A DNA stretch of 63,895 nucleotides, counting the filler, from Intoshia linei (taxonomy: Eukaryota > Animalia > Orthonectida), in the NCBI GenBank assembly GCA_001642005.1. It is 7 parts of 7 records of this genome, joined end to end, with 100 filler letters (N's around TTAATTAATTAA, not from the genome) between each part and the next. Parts side by side here need not be neighbours in the genome. Positions count along the whole stretch, not along the records: positions 15,352 to 41,886 come from LWCA01000472.1; positions 41,987 to 56,495 come from LWCA01000990.1; 5 more parts are not named here. The stretch is one strand, 5' to 3'. Every line of letters begins with the position of its first letter. Position 1 is the first letter of the stretch. The position numbers and the translations under genes are program-made. The notes under the pieces are model-generated. The model had not been told where the DNA came from, ran no database searches, and saw nothing but the letters and a program-made list of their open reading frames with translations. Below are positions 36,601 through 49,945 of this stretch, one piece after another.

Positions 36601-38554
36601 TGAATAATGTTAATAATTCACAAAAATGAAAAAAAGCATTGAAATCACATCTGACTTATAAAAAATTAGTCAAATTAAATTGGATACATGGGATTTGATA
36701 ATTATAAATTTATCTATGATGTTTAAATAATGATACTGAATTGTAACAGCAAAATTTTAAATATTAACATTGTTTATTTTAATTATAATAATTTCAACAA
36801 GTGTGTAATGATGAAAGTAATGACATAAAACTTAAGTTATTTGATTATTACCGAAAACAATATACTTAATTAATATTAATTTCATTTTATTTTGTTTAAA
36901 TTTTAATGCTGGATCGTTATAAGATAAAATAAGAGTATAATATTTATATTGAAAAAGTTAAAATGTAATTTCATTTTAATGTCACTATTGATAATAACAA
37001 AGTTCTATTTCAAAATGTGCAATATAAACGTATTGTTAAAATAACAAATTGATTTTTTGACGATGAAGATGCACACTTTAGATACTTAAAAGTATCCCCT
37101 TCAAGTTGATATTTATAACTGAATGTGAATTTATTATTTGAGAATCATAAGTGTAATAATTTTGATCCAAAGTGTTAATACATATATACAATATTTAATT
37201 TTATGATTAAGTACAATAAATCTCTTGATATTTACAATTAATTATTTAAAAAAGCCGTTGTAATTAATTTTATTAGATAAGTTCATTCGCAGTTTAAAAA
37301 GTTAACTATATAACTACTAGTTATTTACTAATCCTTACTTACATAAAATAACAGTTATCAAAAATATGTGTATGTCGGTCTGTGTCACTATTTATTTAGA
37401 AAACCGACACTTCCCGAAATTTTACAGACAGTAATTAAAGGTCAGTTTTTTCCTGCGCAGAAAATAAAATAAATATTAATTTCAGAAATTGACACCTTTA
37501 CAGTCAAAAATAAAATTAGTATTTTTTTAAAAATGAAAAGAGTCTTAAAGTTTAAAAAAACAAATTCTGTGATAATATATAAAATCAAGTGCTTTACTAA
37601 AAATGTCAATCTCAAAACTTGCATCTCTATTGTAAAACCCTCAAACTATCTATTATTTTGAAAATAAAAAAACAAACAGTCCTAAAAATTTAATATAACA
37701 ACAACTAACAGAGGTTTTTCAAATTAACACATAAAAAGCACTTCTCAAATTTCAATCTCACAAACTGACACCTACATGTTCAAAAAATTTCTTATGAAGG
37801 ATTTGGTTGATGCAGTTATGATATTTTACCTCAGTTGAAACTACATTACCAAGTCTTCTCCTAGGGTTAAACAGACTACAAAGTTGACAAGAAATAGGGA
37901 TTTGAGCTTTATGGTTATACTCAACCCTTTAAATAATGTACTTCAAGTCTAAAGAACTTGAGAAATTAGGCATGTTCTCAATTTTGTTAGAGTTCAAACG
38001 TTAAAGTTGTTTTTTGTTGTTTGTTTGGAATAATTAATTTTAAATATTATATATTAAAAAAATATAAAACCTGTAACAATAAGATCATGATGTGTAGTTT
38101 TAATTTCTTGGTTTTCAATGAGATGACTGCAAATATATTTTCCTGTATCTTTATATGTAACATTGGATATTTTTAAGGAATCGGAATTGTTGTCATCTTC
38201 AACGATCGAAAATTGATCTTTGAATATATGATGAAGGTTTATTCCGGTATCAGAATCATAAATTAGCATAGGAGTTAAAGAATTATTATTGTTAACCCAT
38301 TCAGTCCACCTTATTTTAGTTTCAATTGTTTTATTTGTTGGAGTAGGGTGACAAGGAATTATTATTTGTGAGTTTTCTTCTACATATTCTTTATTATCAG
38401 CAATTTCAATAGCTAAATCAAGTCATATTAGATGTTTGTAAAAATTTAATTGAAACGGTTCTATTAAATAACAAAATTAAACAATACCTAATAATTTGAC
38501 AGTTAAATAAAAATAACAATAGATGACAAATTGTCCAATAATTGAAATGTGCAT
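27674..38554 (-). CDS. Type I membrane Ig-superfamily protein with one V-set and two C/I-type domains (nectin/CADM-like layout); exons 38554-38488, 38412-38071, 35038-34751, 31342-30887, 30452-30423, 28781-28643, 27843-27780, 27694-27674
   Basis: Signal-peptide exon. V-set IIIPC...W...LKISNVTYKDTGKYIC. Ig2 LKC...LQW...FIC. Ig3 VNCTSDGNPVPLITW...LFC. TM IILIACGGVLFLILIIILIVFCV followed by RRQKR. One domain per exon with phase-1 introns. The last exon is less certain; the unspliced alternative ends TVRA* at 27768. Confidence 0.88.
28314..28559. mobile_element. hAT MITE; same family at 53596-53860 and a related copy at ~25116-25446
   Basis: Ends CAGGGTGCACAAAC and GTTGTGCACCACTG. Internal similarity to the 53596 copy. 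Confidence 0.7.
29408..30375. mobile_element. Tc1/mariner-type MITE containing a second MITE (29448-29837) whose right end is triplicated
   Basis: Outer TIR CAGAGT(T/G)GTTCACTTATAT with TA TSD. Inner TIR CAGTCAATTCTGTT with TA; right ends AATTGACTG|TA at 29651, 29744 and 29837. Confidence 0.85.
32990..33965 (-). mobile_element. Helitron family copy in an Ig-gene intron; a degenerate + copy starts at ~37332
   Basis: 5' end TTCTTACTTACATTATAATGCTACGC plus (GTTT)n(GT)n, colinear with 21240-22150. Confidence 0.8.
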
Positions 38555-38781
38555 GTTGAGAATGAGAAAAATATATTTTTGTATGTAAATTTTAATGTAT
38601 GGTATACATAAAGTTACATAATGGGGACATGGGAATTTGTGAATGGCACTGTGGCAAATAAACTAGATTAAGTTAAAATAGGTTGATTGAATGAATTTAA
38701 GATTAAGTAATTGTGAGAAATGGATGAATTTAAAAGAATGAGACAAAAATGTAACATATTTGTCTAAATAAATACGCTGCA

Positions 38782-38835
38782 TTGTGCAGTACAATGTCGA
38801 CTTTTGTCAAGGGTTGATTTATTGTACTGCGACAA
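38782..38835 (+). ncRNA. Candidate pre-miRNA-like hairpin
   Basis: TTGT-GCAGTACAAT-GTCGACTTTT pairs with AAGGGTTGAT-(TT)-ATTGTACTGC-(G)-ACAA, about 24 bp. Four G-U pairs are valid only on the + strand. Confidence 0.35.
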
Positions 38836-41744
38836 ATAAGTAATCCACGCCTCTTTGTAGAAATTATTTGCTATATAACTAAACTAAATATATTAATGTC
38901 AGATTGCCGTGAAATCTTAACTACCGTTATCCATTTTATAGCAATATGAATATTGCTTTCGTAATCTCTAGGTTAAGCACGCGTTTAATTTTTGATAATC
39001 ATTAATAAAAATCGATAATTGACTGATTACATAAAAACAACACTGACATGGATTTAATTTATTCTATAAAATAAAAAAAATTTTTATATGAATTGGCGAC
39101 ATATATTCAATAGGTATATATTGTATATTAAACATGTTTGAATATTAATATACACATTATTAATATTGTCTTTATTTTAAATGAAATATTAAAGATTGGT
39201 ATTTATTTAATTTATTTCCTAATGGAAACATTTTAAATAGTCGCTTATAGATAAAATATTTCATTTATGAAGTATATATAGACACAGACTACACACATAT
39301 TTTGGATTACAATGTATATTAGACAACATTTGAGACTTTTATAAGACAAAGGCACTGCTTTTAAATGCACAATATCAATTCAAATAATGTTATCAAACTA
39401 TCAAAATATCAAACGCTCTGATCATCCGAGCTTGAATTTTTATATTTATTGAATTATTCGATTAAAATTTTTCGAGGTGATTACATATCGATCTATAAAT
39501 TATCTATAGTTACTTAATCAAATTACATTATCTACGATAAGATTTCATTTTTTTTTATTATTTTCATTTTATTTTATACAATAATATTTTCATTTTTTTC
39601 CTTTATATCTAGATATTTTTGAAATGAATATGGACCACTTAGTGATGATTAAAAAAATGTTTCTTCCATTATACATTTTAATTAGTAGGAGTAATTAAGT
39701 ATTGTATTTTAAATCTACATCTTAGATTAGATTACTGTAAGATGGATTTTATGTATAGCGCTGAATTACGTCCATGTGTAAAAATTTGATGAGATATACA
39801 TGTATATTTACCTTAAAGCGTTCATGTGCTGATGTACGCATTATCCATTGCTGAAGATTGTAATTAATACATGTATTATGAAATACTGGTAATATGACAT
39901 GACAAATACGAAAAAACATGTGTATTATGTCAAAACTTTTCATATGGTTAATACTTTTTAACAAATGTTAATTTCAAAAATATTTTTATAGCCAATTTGA
40001 AATAAAATGTCTAGATTAAGTGGTTGGCTAATTAATAACAAATGACAATTTATCAATGAAAAGTATATAATGTTACAAAAATTTATATGTATTGCTTTAA
40101 ACAGTTAGCTTTTCATGTCAAACCTTATCAATTAAATTCATCACTAGAGGATAAAATATCAAATAAGATTTTTTATTCAAAAATTATCAGTTTCGGTTCA
40201 TTTTATTTTAAATTATATTTGTATAATTTATATACTTTGAAAGTAAATACTCAATGAATATTTCTCATGCCTGATGGACAGACGATACATTTTGATTCTA
40301 AATTTATAGTATTCCAATATTATAGTTTAAATTTTTAATAAATTAAGTGTGTATTTTTGGTGAGGAATTAAACGGAGATTATGTTACTCATCTATTACGC
40401 AAATAAAAAAATATATTATCAGCACTTAAATTATATTTAAGCAAATATTGTAGACTTCATTGTATTAAATGTCCCATTATAAAGCCCATATTTATATAGC
40501 TGCACTAATACTTCATTTGTGTGATTTACAATTTAAGTGTAGTTAATAATATCAAGGATTTATTTATTACGTAACTTTTTATTTCAGTATAATTTTAGAT
40601 TTCACATAAGACTGAAAGTGTCACTAGTTACCACCCTACACATTTTTTGTAGTTATGTACAGTAGGATTTACCAAAAAAAATTTTAAACCAATTATTGAA
40701 ATTGTAATACAATAATAATAATCCATGTAATAATGGCAATATATATAAAGAAAAAACTTGATTTTATGTATTATCGTTGCTATCTCTGATTTTTCTTTCG
40801 TTGTACCATAGTTTGGTGTAAATTTTGTTTTTTAAATTTTTAGGAAATTCATTTTGAGTTTTAATTATCAATTATCATTAAACCTAAAATAAATGAACTG
40901 GCACTGAATTTAAAAACATATGAACCAAAAAATGGTAAAGTCAGCCCAAAACTTAAAAGTTTATGGTTTCAGCAAAATCCCATAGCTATTTGTATCATTT
41001 CAATAAAATATGGAAATATTTAATCTAATATTTATAGTAAATGTAATCAGAATTATTTAGATTACAATTATTATGATGTTGACACCAATCAGTCACTTTG
41101 CAATTTTATATTCTTTAATTTTTGCTTATTTGATTTGTGTAACACAATCGCCTGTAAATATTATAGAGAATATTGCATCCAAAGTGGATGAGAGTTCTGC
41201 CACACGATCTGAAGTTCAGATTGCGAACACAAAATTCGGATAGAATTGAAATTTTTTTATATTGTGTTATTGTTCTGATCATGTTTACAAAATTATCATA
41301 TTCATCATAATATAATACTTATTTATATCATTACTAGGTTGACTGTTATGTACTACGTACAAACAGGATTTAGCTCTGCCGAGGGCACATTTTTATTACT
41401 TTACGTTAATTCTTATGATTTTATAACTTATTAAGTAAAATTTATTAATATTAGCATTATAATTAAGATATCTAAATAAAATGTTACCATATAGAGGAAA
41501 TATGACAAAATAGATTATTATTTATATGAAACTAAAAATGTATACCTTAATAAGTTATTGACAATTTACCTTCTGAACAATTTGAACTATGTTTAATATT
41601 TAATTTTGAAAATATAAAATTTGAAATATTTTTTTGGCTATACTATAGTCCCCCGCATAATTTAAGTTTCTTATATTTATAGAATAGCGTGACATCAATT
41701 TGTAACCAAATTACTAGGATTTTCTGGTCTATACCTGTCATACC

Positions 41745-41885
41745 TCAAGAGCGAACGGCAAGTGGTCGCTTTATTTTGGCTTTAACGCTTGACCACCCAG
41801 TCTCAATTGGGTTGAGCAAATGATGGAGTGGTAAATGATCAGTTTTCAATGTGAACTTCCGTCCATATAGATAATTATGCCATTT
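41745..41885 (-). mobile_element. Chimeric TE fragment: Gypsy RNase H fused in frame to a Tc1-type DDE C-terminus
   Basis: KWHNYLYGRKFTLKTDHLPLHHL-LNPIETGWSSVKAKIKR. Confidence 0.6.
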
Positions 41886-42592
41886 TNNNNNNNNNNNNNN
41901 NNNNNNNNNNNNNNNNNNNNNNNNNNNNNNTTAATTAATTAANNNNNNNNNNNNNNNNNNNNNNNNNNNNNNNNNNNNNNNNNNNNACTGCTGCACAGAA
42001 CAAAATGTATATTTTAATATTTATAATTTTATAAATTTTATAATATGAAGAGTGTTTCTCAATCACAATCAGGACTTGCTAGAAATTATTTATATATATT
42101 TATATATAATTAAAATATTTTATAATTTTTAAAATGTGATTTTATGAAAAATTTGAGAAAAAATTTTTCACGTTATTTTTTATCCCCATTGAAAAACACT
42201 GATTTATGCATAATGTACTATTCACCCTCGCAATGCTGATGTACTATATTACAAAAATTGAATAATATTTGGATGTACTGAAACTTTTTCTTATTTATTT
42301 TTTTCTGTCCGAAAAATTAAAAAATTATATTTAAGGTTTAGATCAGGCAAAAAAAGACGGTCACTAAAAAATTCTTTACTGTGAAGGCGAAATTTTGTGA
42401 AAATGAGGTTTTTTGTGTTTGTTAACTGAAGATAACTTCGATGTCATTTTTTTATTAATCTTAGGACTTGGTTTTTTCATTTTTCAAGCTTTACTAAGGA
42501 TATATTATTTCTCACCAACTTTAGTAAAATGTGACATTTTGTGTTGGGTGAATTAAAAAACATAAATGTATTATATATATTTTATTAAATAG

Positions 42593-45500
42593 ATAATGAA
42601 TAATTTAATTTTACGGTTTACAATTCATATTGAAAAAGAATGGCCATCATTTTCTTCTGATATGTCAGAAAAGATTAACATGTAAGGTTTAATCATAATT
42701 TATGTTTAATTTAATGAATATAGTAAATTATGTAATCAAATATAGTATCAATTAAAAAGTTTAATCATTAAAATTACTAAATATAAAAATAGAATAACCC
42801 GCTTAACCAATTTGTAAATTATTTTTTTTGAGATTTTTAGAAAAAATTTAAAAATTTAAGTGTTATTATTTTGGAAAGAACTCGCTAATACGGTTTCTCT
42901 ATGCCAGCGTTTACCAAATGCCACTCCGTTTAATAAATTTGAAAATTTTTTTTAATAGTTAATTTAAAATTTGAATTAAATTTTAATATTATCTGTGATA
43001 ATTTATCACTCAATAGTTAATTTATTACGTATTTTATCAAATTTATTTTATTTAGCTATCCAATTGTTATTGAATGGATGCAAGATTTTTTCGTAGGTCA
43101 TTTACCCGTCGAAAAATTGTTAATTATATGGGATTATATGATTGACTGTGATTCTCTATATATTTTGGCAGGTAATATAAAATTTAATTTATATTTGCAC
43201 TATTAAATTGTGATTGAATGTACAATTAAGGGTTGTAAATATGCACTTAAAGATTATCTATGTTGGATTTTTTAGAAAGCATTACCACACAAAAACGTAA
43301 AAAATACATCTTCCTTAAAAATCTAGAATTACATATATTAATTACATAAATTTGATTAGTTTGGTGGATGTTTTAAATATATATTGGGTTCAATAAAATA
43401 TTAAACTTTAAAAAAATATTTTTATAATTTCAGACTTGTCAGCTTTAATTATTTTGAAAAAACGAGCATTATTGATTTCGGAAAAGGAAGATTTAATTCA
43501 AAAGGTAAATAAAATAATATAGTGGTTATTAAATTTTATCAATAATTAACGGAATCAGCACTTTATAAACATATTTCAGGTGAATTTTACCAATATTGAA
43601 AGGATAATAATAAATATAAAAATGATAATAACAAAGTTGTATTACTTTTAGTAATTCGTTGTGGTAGTTTTAATTTAAATTTTAAACAAAAAAATGAATT
43701 ATATAGATATTTAATCATATTTCTGTATTGGAAATGTGTAGACGTTCAATGCACATTTTTTTATAAATTGTAGGATCAATATTTACATTTTCAATTTTTA
43801 TTTTGATCGACATATTTGAAAAATAATGGTTGAAAATATATTATAAATTATTTTTCATTGGCAATGCGTATATTTCTGCGGTTGAAATTTTGCATTTATA
43901 TCAACTGGATAAGCTCTATCTGAATAATATTCTTTTTAAATTTTCGAACCGTTAATTATTTCACATTTTTTATTTTAATAAAATATTTCGAAAAAAAATA
44001 TAAATGAATACTAAAGTGCTTTTTTGACCGTCAAAGCGTCACTTATTCAGATTGAAATTTTTTGTGAGTGTTAACAGGATACAACTGTACCAGCTGTAAA
44101 TTTATTTAAATACAACTAAAAGGGTAAGTTGAGGTTTTGGACCTAAAGATAAAATTTTTTTAAATTTATGATAATATTTATGATTTTAAAATCCGTATCA
44201 GAGTATATATTTTTTTAAATTTTCCAACTCGTTTGATTTTTAAAAAAAAAGGACAATTGGGCTTTTTGACCAGTAAGATGTGAGTTTTGGAAGTTAAAAT
44301 TTATTTTGCTAAGACCCCAGAAAAAACTGTAATTGTAATTTAATGTAACTGTAATGTTGACTTTATAAAATTCTAAAACTGGTAGTTATTGAAATAAACG
44401 GCAACATACACAAAAACAAATATTGCAAAGTATATTATATAAGTAAGGATTTAGCTAAAATGTAACTCTGTCTGTAAATATTTTTTGAAGAAATTGAATA
44501 GAGTAGAGTTTTATAAATACCAATTTATAATACAGTTTGTCGAGAGTCATGTTTTATCGTAAATTTAATTTTCAGAAATTGAGTCCTTCAGAATAAAAAA
44601 ACCAAATTACTCGTTTTTTTAAAAATTATAAGAGGCCTAGAATTTAAAATAATATCACAGGCTGTGATTCACAGCTAATACAGTACAGTTATTTTCAGTT
44701 GACACAGATTAAAAATTGTAATCTCAAAAAGTGACAATTTCAGGTCAAAAAACACTTTGGTATTCATTTTTTTTTATTTTGTAACTTTTATTAAAATAAA
44801 TAATATTTAATAACAATTAGTATTAGTCCTAGAATAAAAGATTATTCTGATATAGTTTATGCACGTTGATCTAGACGAGGGATTCTCAAACTCATTTGGT
44901 TTATCGTCACTTATTTATTAATATATTTTTTCAACGCCCTCTTCAAAAAAATTTCAAATACGTCGTATAATATGCATTTAAAATATGTCATAAATAGCAT
45001 AAATTCCAGAAAAATTAAAATTATAAAAACCTATTTTGTCATTTTCAATGTGATGATATATATTCAGTACCAATTTAATAAATACTTACAAATACCATTT
45101 ATGTATCAATAATTAACCGAATCTTCACTTTATAAACATATTTCAGTCAAATTTTACAAATATTGCAAAGGGTTGTAATAAATATAAAAATAATAATAAC
45201 AAAGTTTTATTACTTTTAGTGGTCGTTGTTGTAATTTTTATTAAATTTTATTCAAAATATTTTCAAAATTAGAATTTGAAATTTAAAAATTATGTAGCAA
45301 TAAAAAAAATTCCGAAGGAATGAATTATATAGATTTTCACTTATATTTCTTTATTGGAAATATGTAGACGTTCAATGCACATTTTTTTGAAATTGTAAGA
45401 TCAACGCTTACTCTATATTATTATTGGTGTAGTTTAATATAATCCACATAATTTATATATTGTAAATGGGGGTCCAGCACAAAAAATTTTTCCGACACCT

Positions 45501-45770
45501 GGTCTAGAGAAAAATTTGATACCACAAGTATACGTATTATAGGATAAAATTTTCTAAAATTTTACAAAATACATTTCTATGTAAGATGAATTCATATAAA
45601 ATTACGTTTTGGTTAAAATAGAATCTTGTTGACCCTGTCTTAAATTTATTTCCCCCTTCAGCGTGTAGGTTAATTTATAAATATGAAACACTTTTTAATA
45701 TAAATATATTTAGATGGAACTGACAAACATCAACACGGAAGAATTGTGTAAATCTTTGTTAAATTTATAA
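42593..45770 (+). CDS. TBC1D19-like Rab-GAP TBC-domain protein, 3' exons 42593-42681, 43056-43171, 43434-43504, 45714-45770
   Basis: YPIVIEWMQDFFVGHLPVEKLLIIWDYMIDCDSLYILADLSALIILKKR matches the TBC C-terminal pattern W...F.G.L....L..WD...SL.ILA. Phases are consistent; the 5' part is unresolved. Confidence 0.7.
43545..44449 (-). mobile_element. Helitron family copy in a TBC intron; other fragments at ~6040-6470, 41334-41400, 42290-42480, 48980-49228, 57250-57340, 57550-57795, 58680-59060
   Basis: A|TCCTTACTTATATAA 5' end at 44449 and the shared family core. Confidence 0.8.
44877..45501. mobile_element. hAT (Charlie-type) MITE sharing its interior with the Helitron family
   Basis: Ends GAGGGATTCTCAAAC and TTTTCCGACACCTG. 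TSD ATCTAGAC/GTCTAGAG (NTCTAGAN type). Confidence 0.7.
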
Positions 45771-47847
45771 ATAAAAAATGAATTCACTCTCAGACATGTA
45801 CATTTTCTCCCAACACAATTTTATAATTATATTAAATGAACTATTTAAATACCTTCGTCCAAGTTTTCGAAAAAATAGACGGTAAGTAAATTAGTAACAT
45901 TATGGTCGTGAAAAATGCCTTGCGAATGCTTATACGATTCTAAATATTTCATGAATTAATCTTTACTTTGTTTATTACCAATTCACATTCAATTGATAAT
46001 AAATCAACAAATTAATATTCAATTTATGGATGATTTGTTAATATTTTAACTCGTAAATTGTATAAATTTTAACTAACCGTAGTATAAAATTTAAATCAAT
46101 TTCAACCTCATACTGACATCATGTCAGTGACAAGTATATATTAATATTTTAAAACAAATGAAAATATATAAAAAATGATTCAACCATTAAAAAAGAAAAA
46201 AATGTATTTAAATAATAAATGTAAAAATATATCTACGGAATTTTTTAGCGAACTGTATTTAATTTTCCAAGCAAAATCATACTAGTTCGGCTCTGGGTAG
46301 AATAGATTTGACAATAAAATTTAATTAACAATTACAACTTGTATTTTAATTTGACTATTGAATGCTATTCCTTTTTTTCCATAAAACTAAATGACATGAA
46401 TAATATTAATACATTAACTTAAAAATAAAACAATTTTATGCTTCATTGTTTAGTACGTAATACGTATTAAAATCGGCATGAAATGTCAATTCCCAGCACT
46501 TACTACCGTTTAACATTTTCATACCAGTAAATTATCTAATTTATTTTTGAAACAGCCAATAGGCACCGTAACAATTTTATTTTTTTAGGATTCAAGAATG
46601 AACAAAATTTATTGAAATTCACCTAATATTAACCAATGCACATATGCAGTGTATATGAAGCTGGACATCTTAGTGGTTATAGTACATACAATTGCACCAG
46701 ACAGCGGAAGGAATTACTCATTTTTCCATACATTTACATTTTACATTACCATTACATTTAGTAAAAGATTTGGTAATGGATTTGGTATTTTGATTTAATT
46801 TAAGGGCTAAATAACAAATTTAGTGATTTTTAAATAATAAATGTGAAAAAAATAAAAATATTTATTTATAGAGAGGGGGGACCAAGTCATGAAAAAAATT
46901 ATTATAAACATTTTCTATTTTTTTTAATAAAAAATACAAATTTTGAATAGAATTAATGTTTTTCATTGAAATTATATTATTTAATGTATGTATATCAGCA
47001 AATGCATTAATTCTTTACTAGAGAATGAAAATAATGCTATAATTTAAAATTTATAAATTCTGCGATAGTTTTAAAATCACATAAATAATAGTAAATCTTA
47101 CCATAAATGACTTTTTTTTAAAAATGAATCCTAGAATATAAAAATTTTTAAATTCATGTACAATGTTTAGATTGCATTTCAGTTACAAATTTATTAAAAT
47201 TTATGACGAATTCAAACATTATTCAAAGATTCTTATTCAAATTTTCGGTTGACCTCTGGAGGCTCAGTTCCAACTTTTCTAATGGATGGTCCACTTGGTA
47301 TTCTCTTATATACATTTATATTTATACATTTCTACATTTATATACATATTATTATGAGTTGCAACTTGCAATGCATGTTCTAAATGATTATTATAATTTT
47401 CAGCTATTAGTTTATTAAAATATATGTGAATTTAAAAATTTTAAGACAAACAAAATATTAATTAATAAAATTGATTTTATAATTAATATAACCTACATAA
47501 AATAATTAAACTGTGTCATTGCACATATACAATTATATTTGTTAGTTATGCTTACATCATATAATTTATAAGCTTATAATGGGCGTTTAAAAAACTAATT
47601 CGATAAGATTCATAATTAAATTAAATGTATTATTAAATGTTAATACCGTTGAAATACGATAGATAACCGCAAATTCGATAATAATGACTAATATATAGAC
47701 ATATAATCTTGTTATAAATGAAACTTAATAAATGATTTTGACACAATTGAATGCGTATTGATTCAATCCAGTGCTATGAAACTAATTTAATACATATTAC
47801 TTTTAAGAAATTCAGTGTATTGAATATTTTTGGATACATTTTTAATC

Positions 47848-48569
47848 ATGGTACTTTTTTATAATTAAATTAAATTTTAATAGAACAGAGTTTTAAATTT
47901 TAAGTTTTAGTCATTTTATTAAGATTAATTTTTATAAAGTTACATTTTGACACTTTCATTGTATTCTATCGATATATCAAGATTTATCACAATAAATCAA
48001 ATTATAGGCAGAATCTACACCATATACCGACACGTCTGCAAAATATGGTATCCCACTACAAAACCAACCTGTAGCAAATACTGTTGTATATCAACCTCAA
48101 CCTGGAAACACCACTGTCGTTATGCCAAATGTAATTAACCGACCTACCAATTATCTTGTTTTGGCCATTATTGTAACCATATGTTGTAACTTACCCTTTG
48201 GTATTCTTTCATTTCATTTTTTCCAGCAATATAATTTATTGTATATTATACTAAAATATTATTTTTACGTTATTATTTTTAATATACATTATGTAATGTA
48301 TTATGTGTATTATAACGTATAACATTTTGTAACTAACGTACACTGCCAATGATAATAATATAAAATTTTTAGGTATAATTGCAATAATATTTTCCGTTTT
48401 ATCTTCTCAAGAAGCGGATAAGAATAATATGGATAATGCTAGAAAAAATGGAAAAATATCTTTAGGAATGTCTGTAGCCGGAATAGTTGTATCAATAATA
48501 ATTATCATAATTATTGTCGTTTATTTCAACTATATGGGAGCATTGATAACAAGACAAGTCTTTATATAA
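47848..48569 (+). CDS. CD225/dispanin (PRRT/TMEM233/IFITM-like) membrane protein; exons 47848-47850 (inferred), 48008-48200, 48373-48569
   Basis: P/Q-rich N-terminus, RPTNYLVLAIIVTICCNLPF|GIIAIIFS...ARKNGKISL, and a C-terminal TM segment. Confidence 0.88.
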
Positions 48570-49945
48570 TTTGAATTTTAAATCAAAAGTACTATAATGT
48601 TACTAATTCCAAATAAAACTATACAGTCGACATTCTGAAAGTTACTAAATTTTGAAAAATTATTAATTTTAGATAAAAATTTGACTAATTTACAAGTTAA
48701 TAATAATAAAATTAGTATCACAAAATTAACAGTAAATTTTATAAAAAACACCTCCCAAAATTAAATAATTTTCAGAAAAATGGTCATTTTGAGAGCATCG
48801 ATTCAATAATTACATAATAAAGTGCAAGTACAGTACAAATATTCCACAAAACTAAGGCGGTTATCATAGCTGTTTTTTCTCTTCCCATCGAATTACATGT
48901 ACATTATATTGTCACATGAATGTGTATAATATTAAAAATAAAGTAAAAAAAGTCCAATCCTACACACGTGCACACAGTGAACAAGAGTTAACACACACAA
49001 AAAATTTCAACCTGAATAAGACGCCTTCATGGTCAATTTTTAAAAAAATAGGACAAATTGGGTTTTTGCCCTAAAGGACTCAAATTAGGGAAATAAAACA
49101 GATATAAACATCTGCGAAAAACTGTATTAGAATTTGGTTTTTTTAATTCTACGACTGTTAATATTTTAAATATACGGTAACACACACGCACATTCAATTT
49201 TACATACTATTAATAGTAAGTAAAGGATTTCAGCTTCCGTATACATCATCTTCATGTTTGGTTGTTCACTTTCCATTTTTAAATTCAATTCTACTTAATT
49301 TATTTTTGTTTTCTGTGAAAATATTTATCAATAAAATATGATAATTTATATAAAATTATAAGAACTTTAAACATTAATAAATATAAAGTAAATAAGGTAG
49401 AATTGAATTTAAAGGTGCAAAGTGAAAAACCAAAAATGACGATCAACACAAAACCACTAAAAACATAACTAACACATTCGATGGTTACATTCCATTAAAT
49501 AAAGTTATATTTTAATTTTTATAGAATATTTTTATATGGATCTTTAAAATCGCAAGCGTCTCCATAAAATTTTTATCAAATTTAAATATATTTTTTTTGT
49601 ATTGTCATTTTTGATTAATTACTCAACTTTTAACCGGTCCTGCACTTAATTTATAAAATTTTGTCACTCCCCTAATACAGTTTTATATCAGAGTACAAAA
49701 AAATATTTTAAAATGTTTACGTATCATAATGCAACTTTTCGAAATTACTGAAATGGTTATTTTTTATAATTTGATAAATACGCATATTATTTTGTCTGCT
49801 GAATAAACACATCAATGTAATTTAACTGTATAAATATTTTAAGTATATTTTGTGTTACACTAACTTTTCTGATTATTATTCATCTTTTATTTAAAATAAT
49901 TTATAACTGTACACTTGATTGAAACAACATAGTGATTTTGAACAG

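Noticed and set aside
39787-39855. TTGATGA...CTGA pair suggesting a C/D snoRNA
   Set aside because: Poor terminal stem and no convincing rRNA guide seen.
2899-47297. Stop-codon reassignment as an explanation for several exon-like segments with in-frame stops
   Set aside because: Conserved genes here have no internal stops and end in TAA or TAG (TGA for the predicted Ig last exon); pseudogene decay explains the pattern better.
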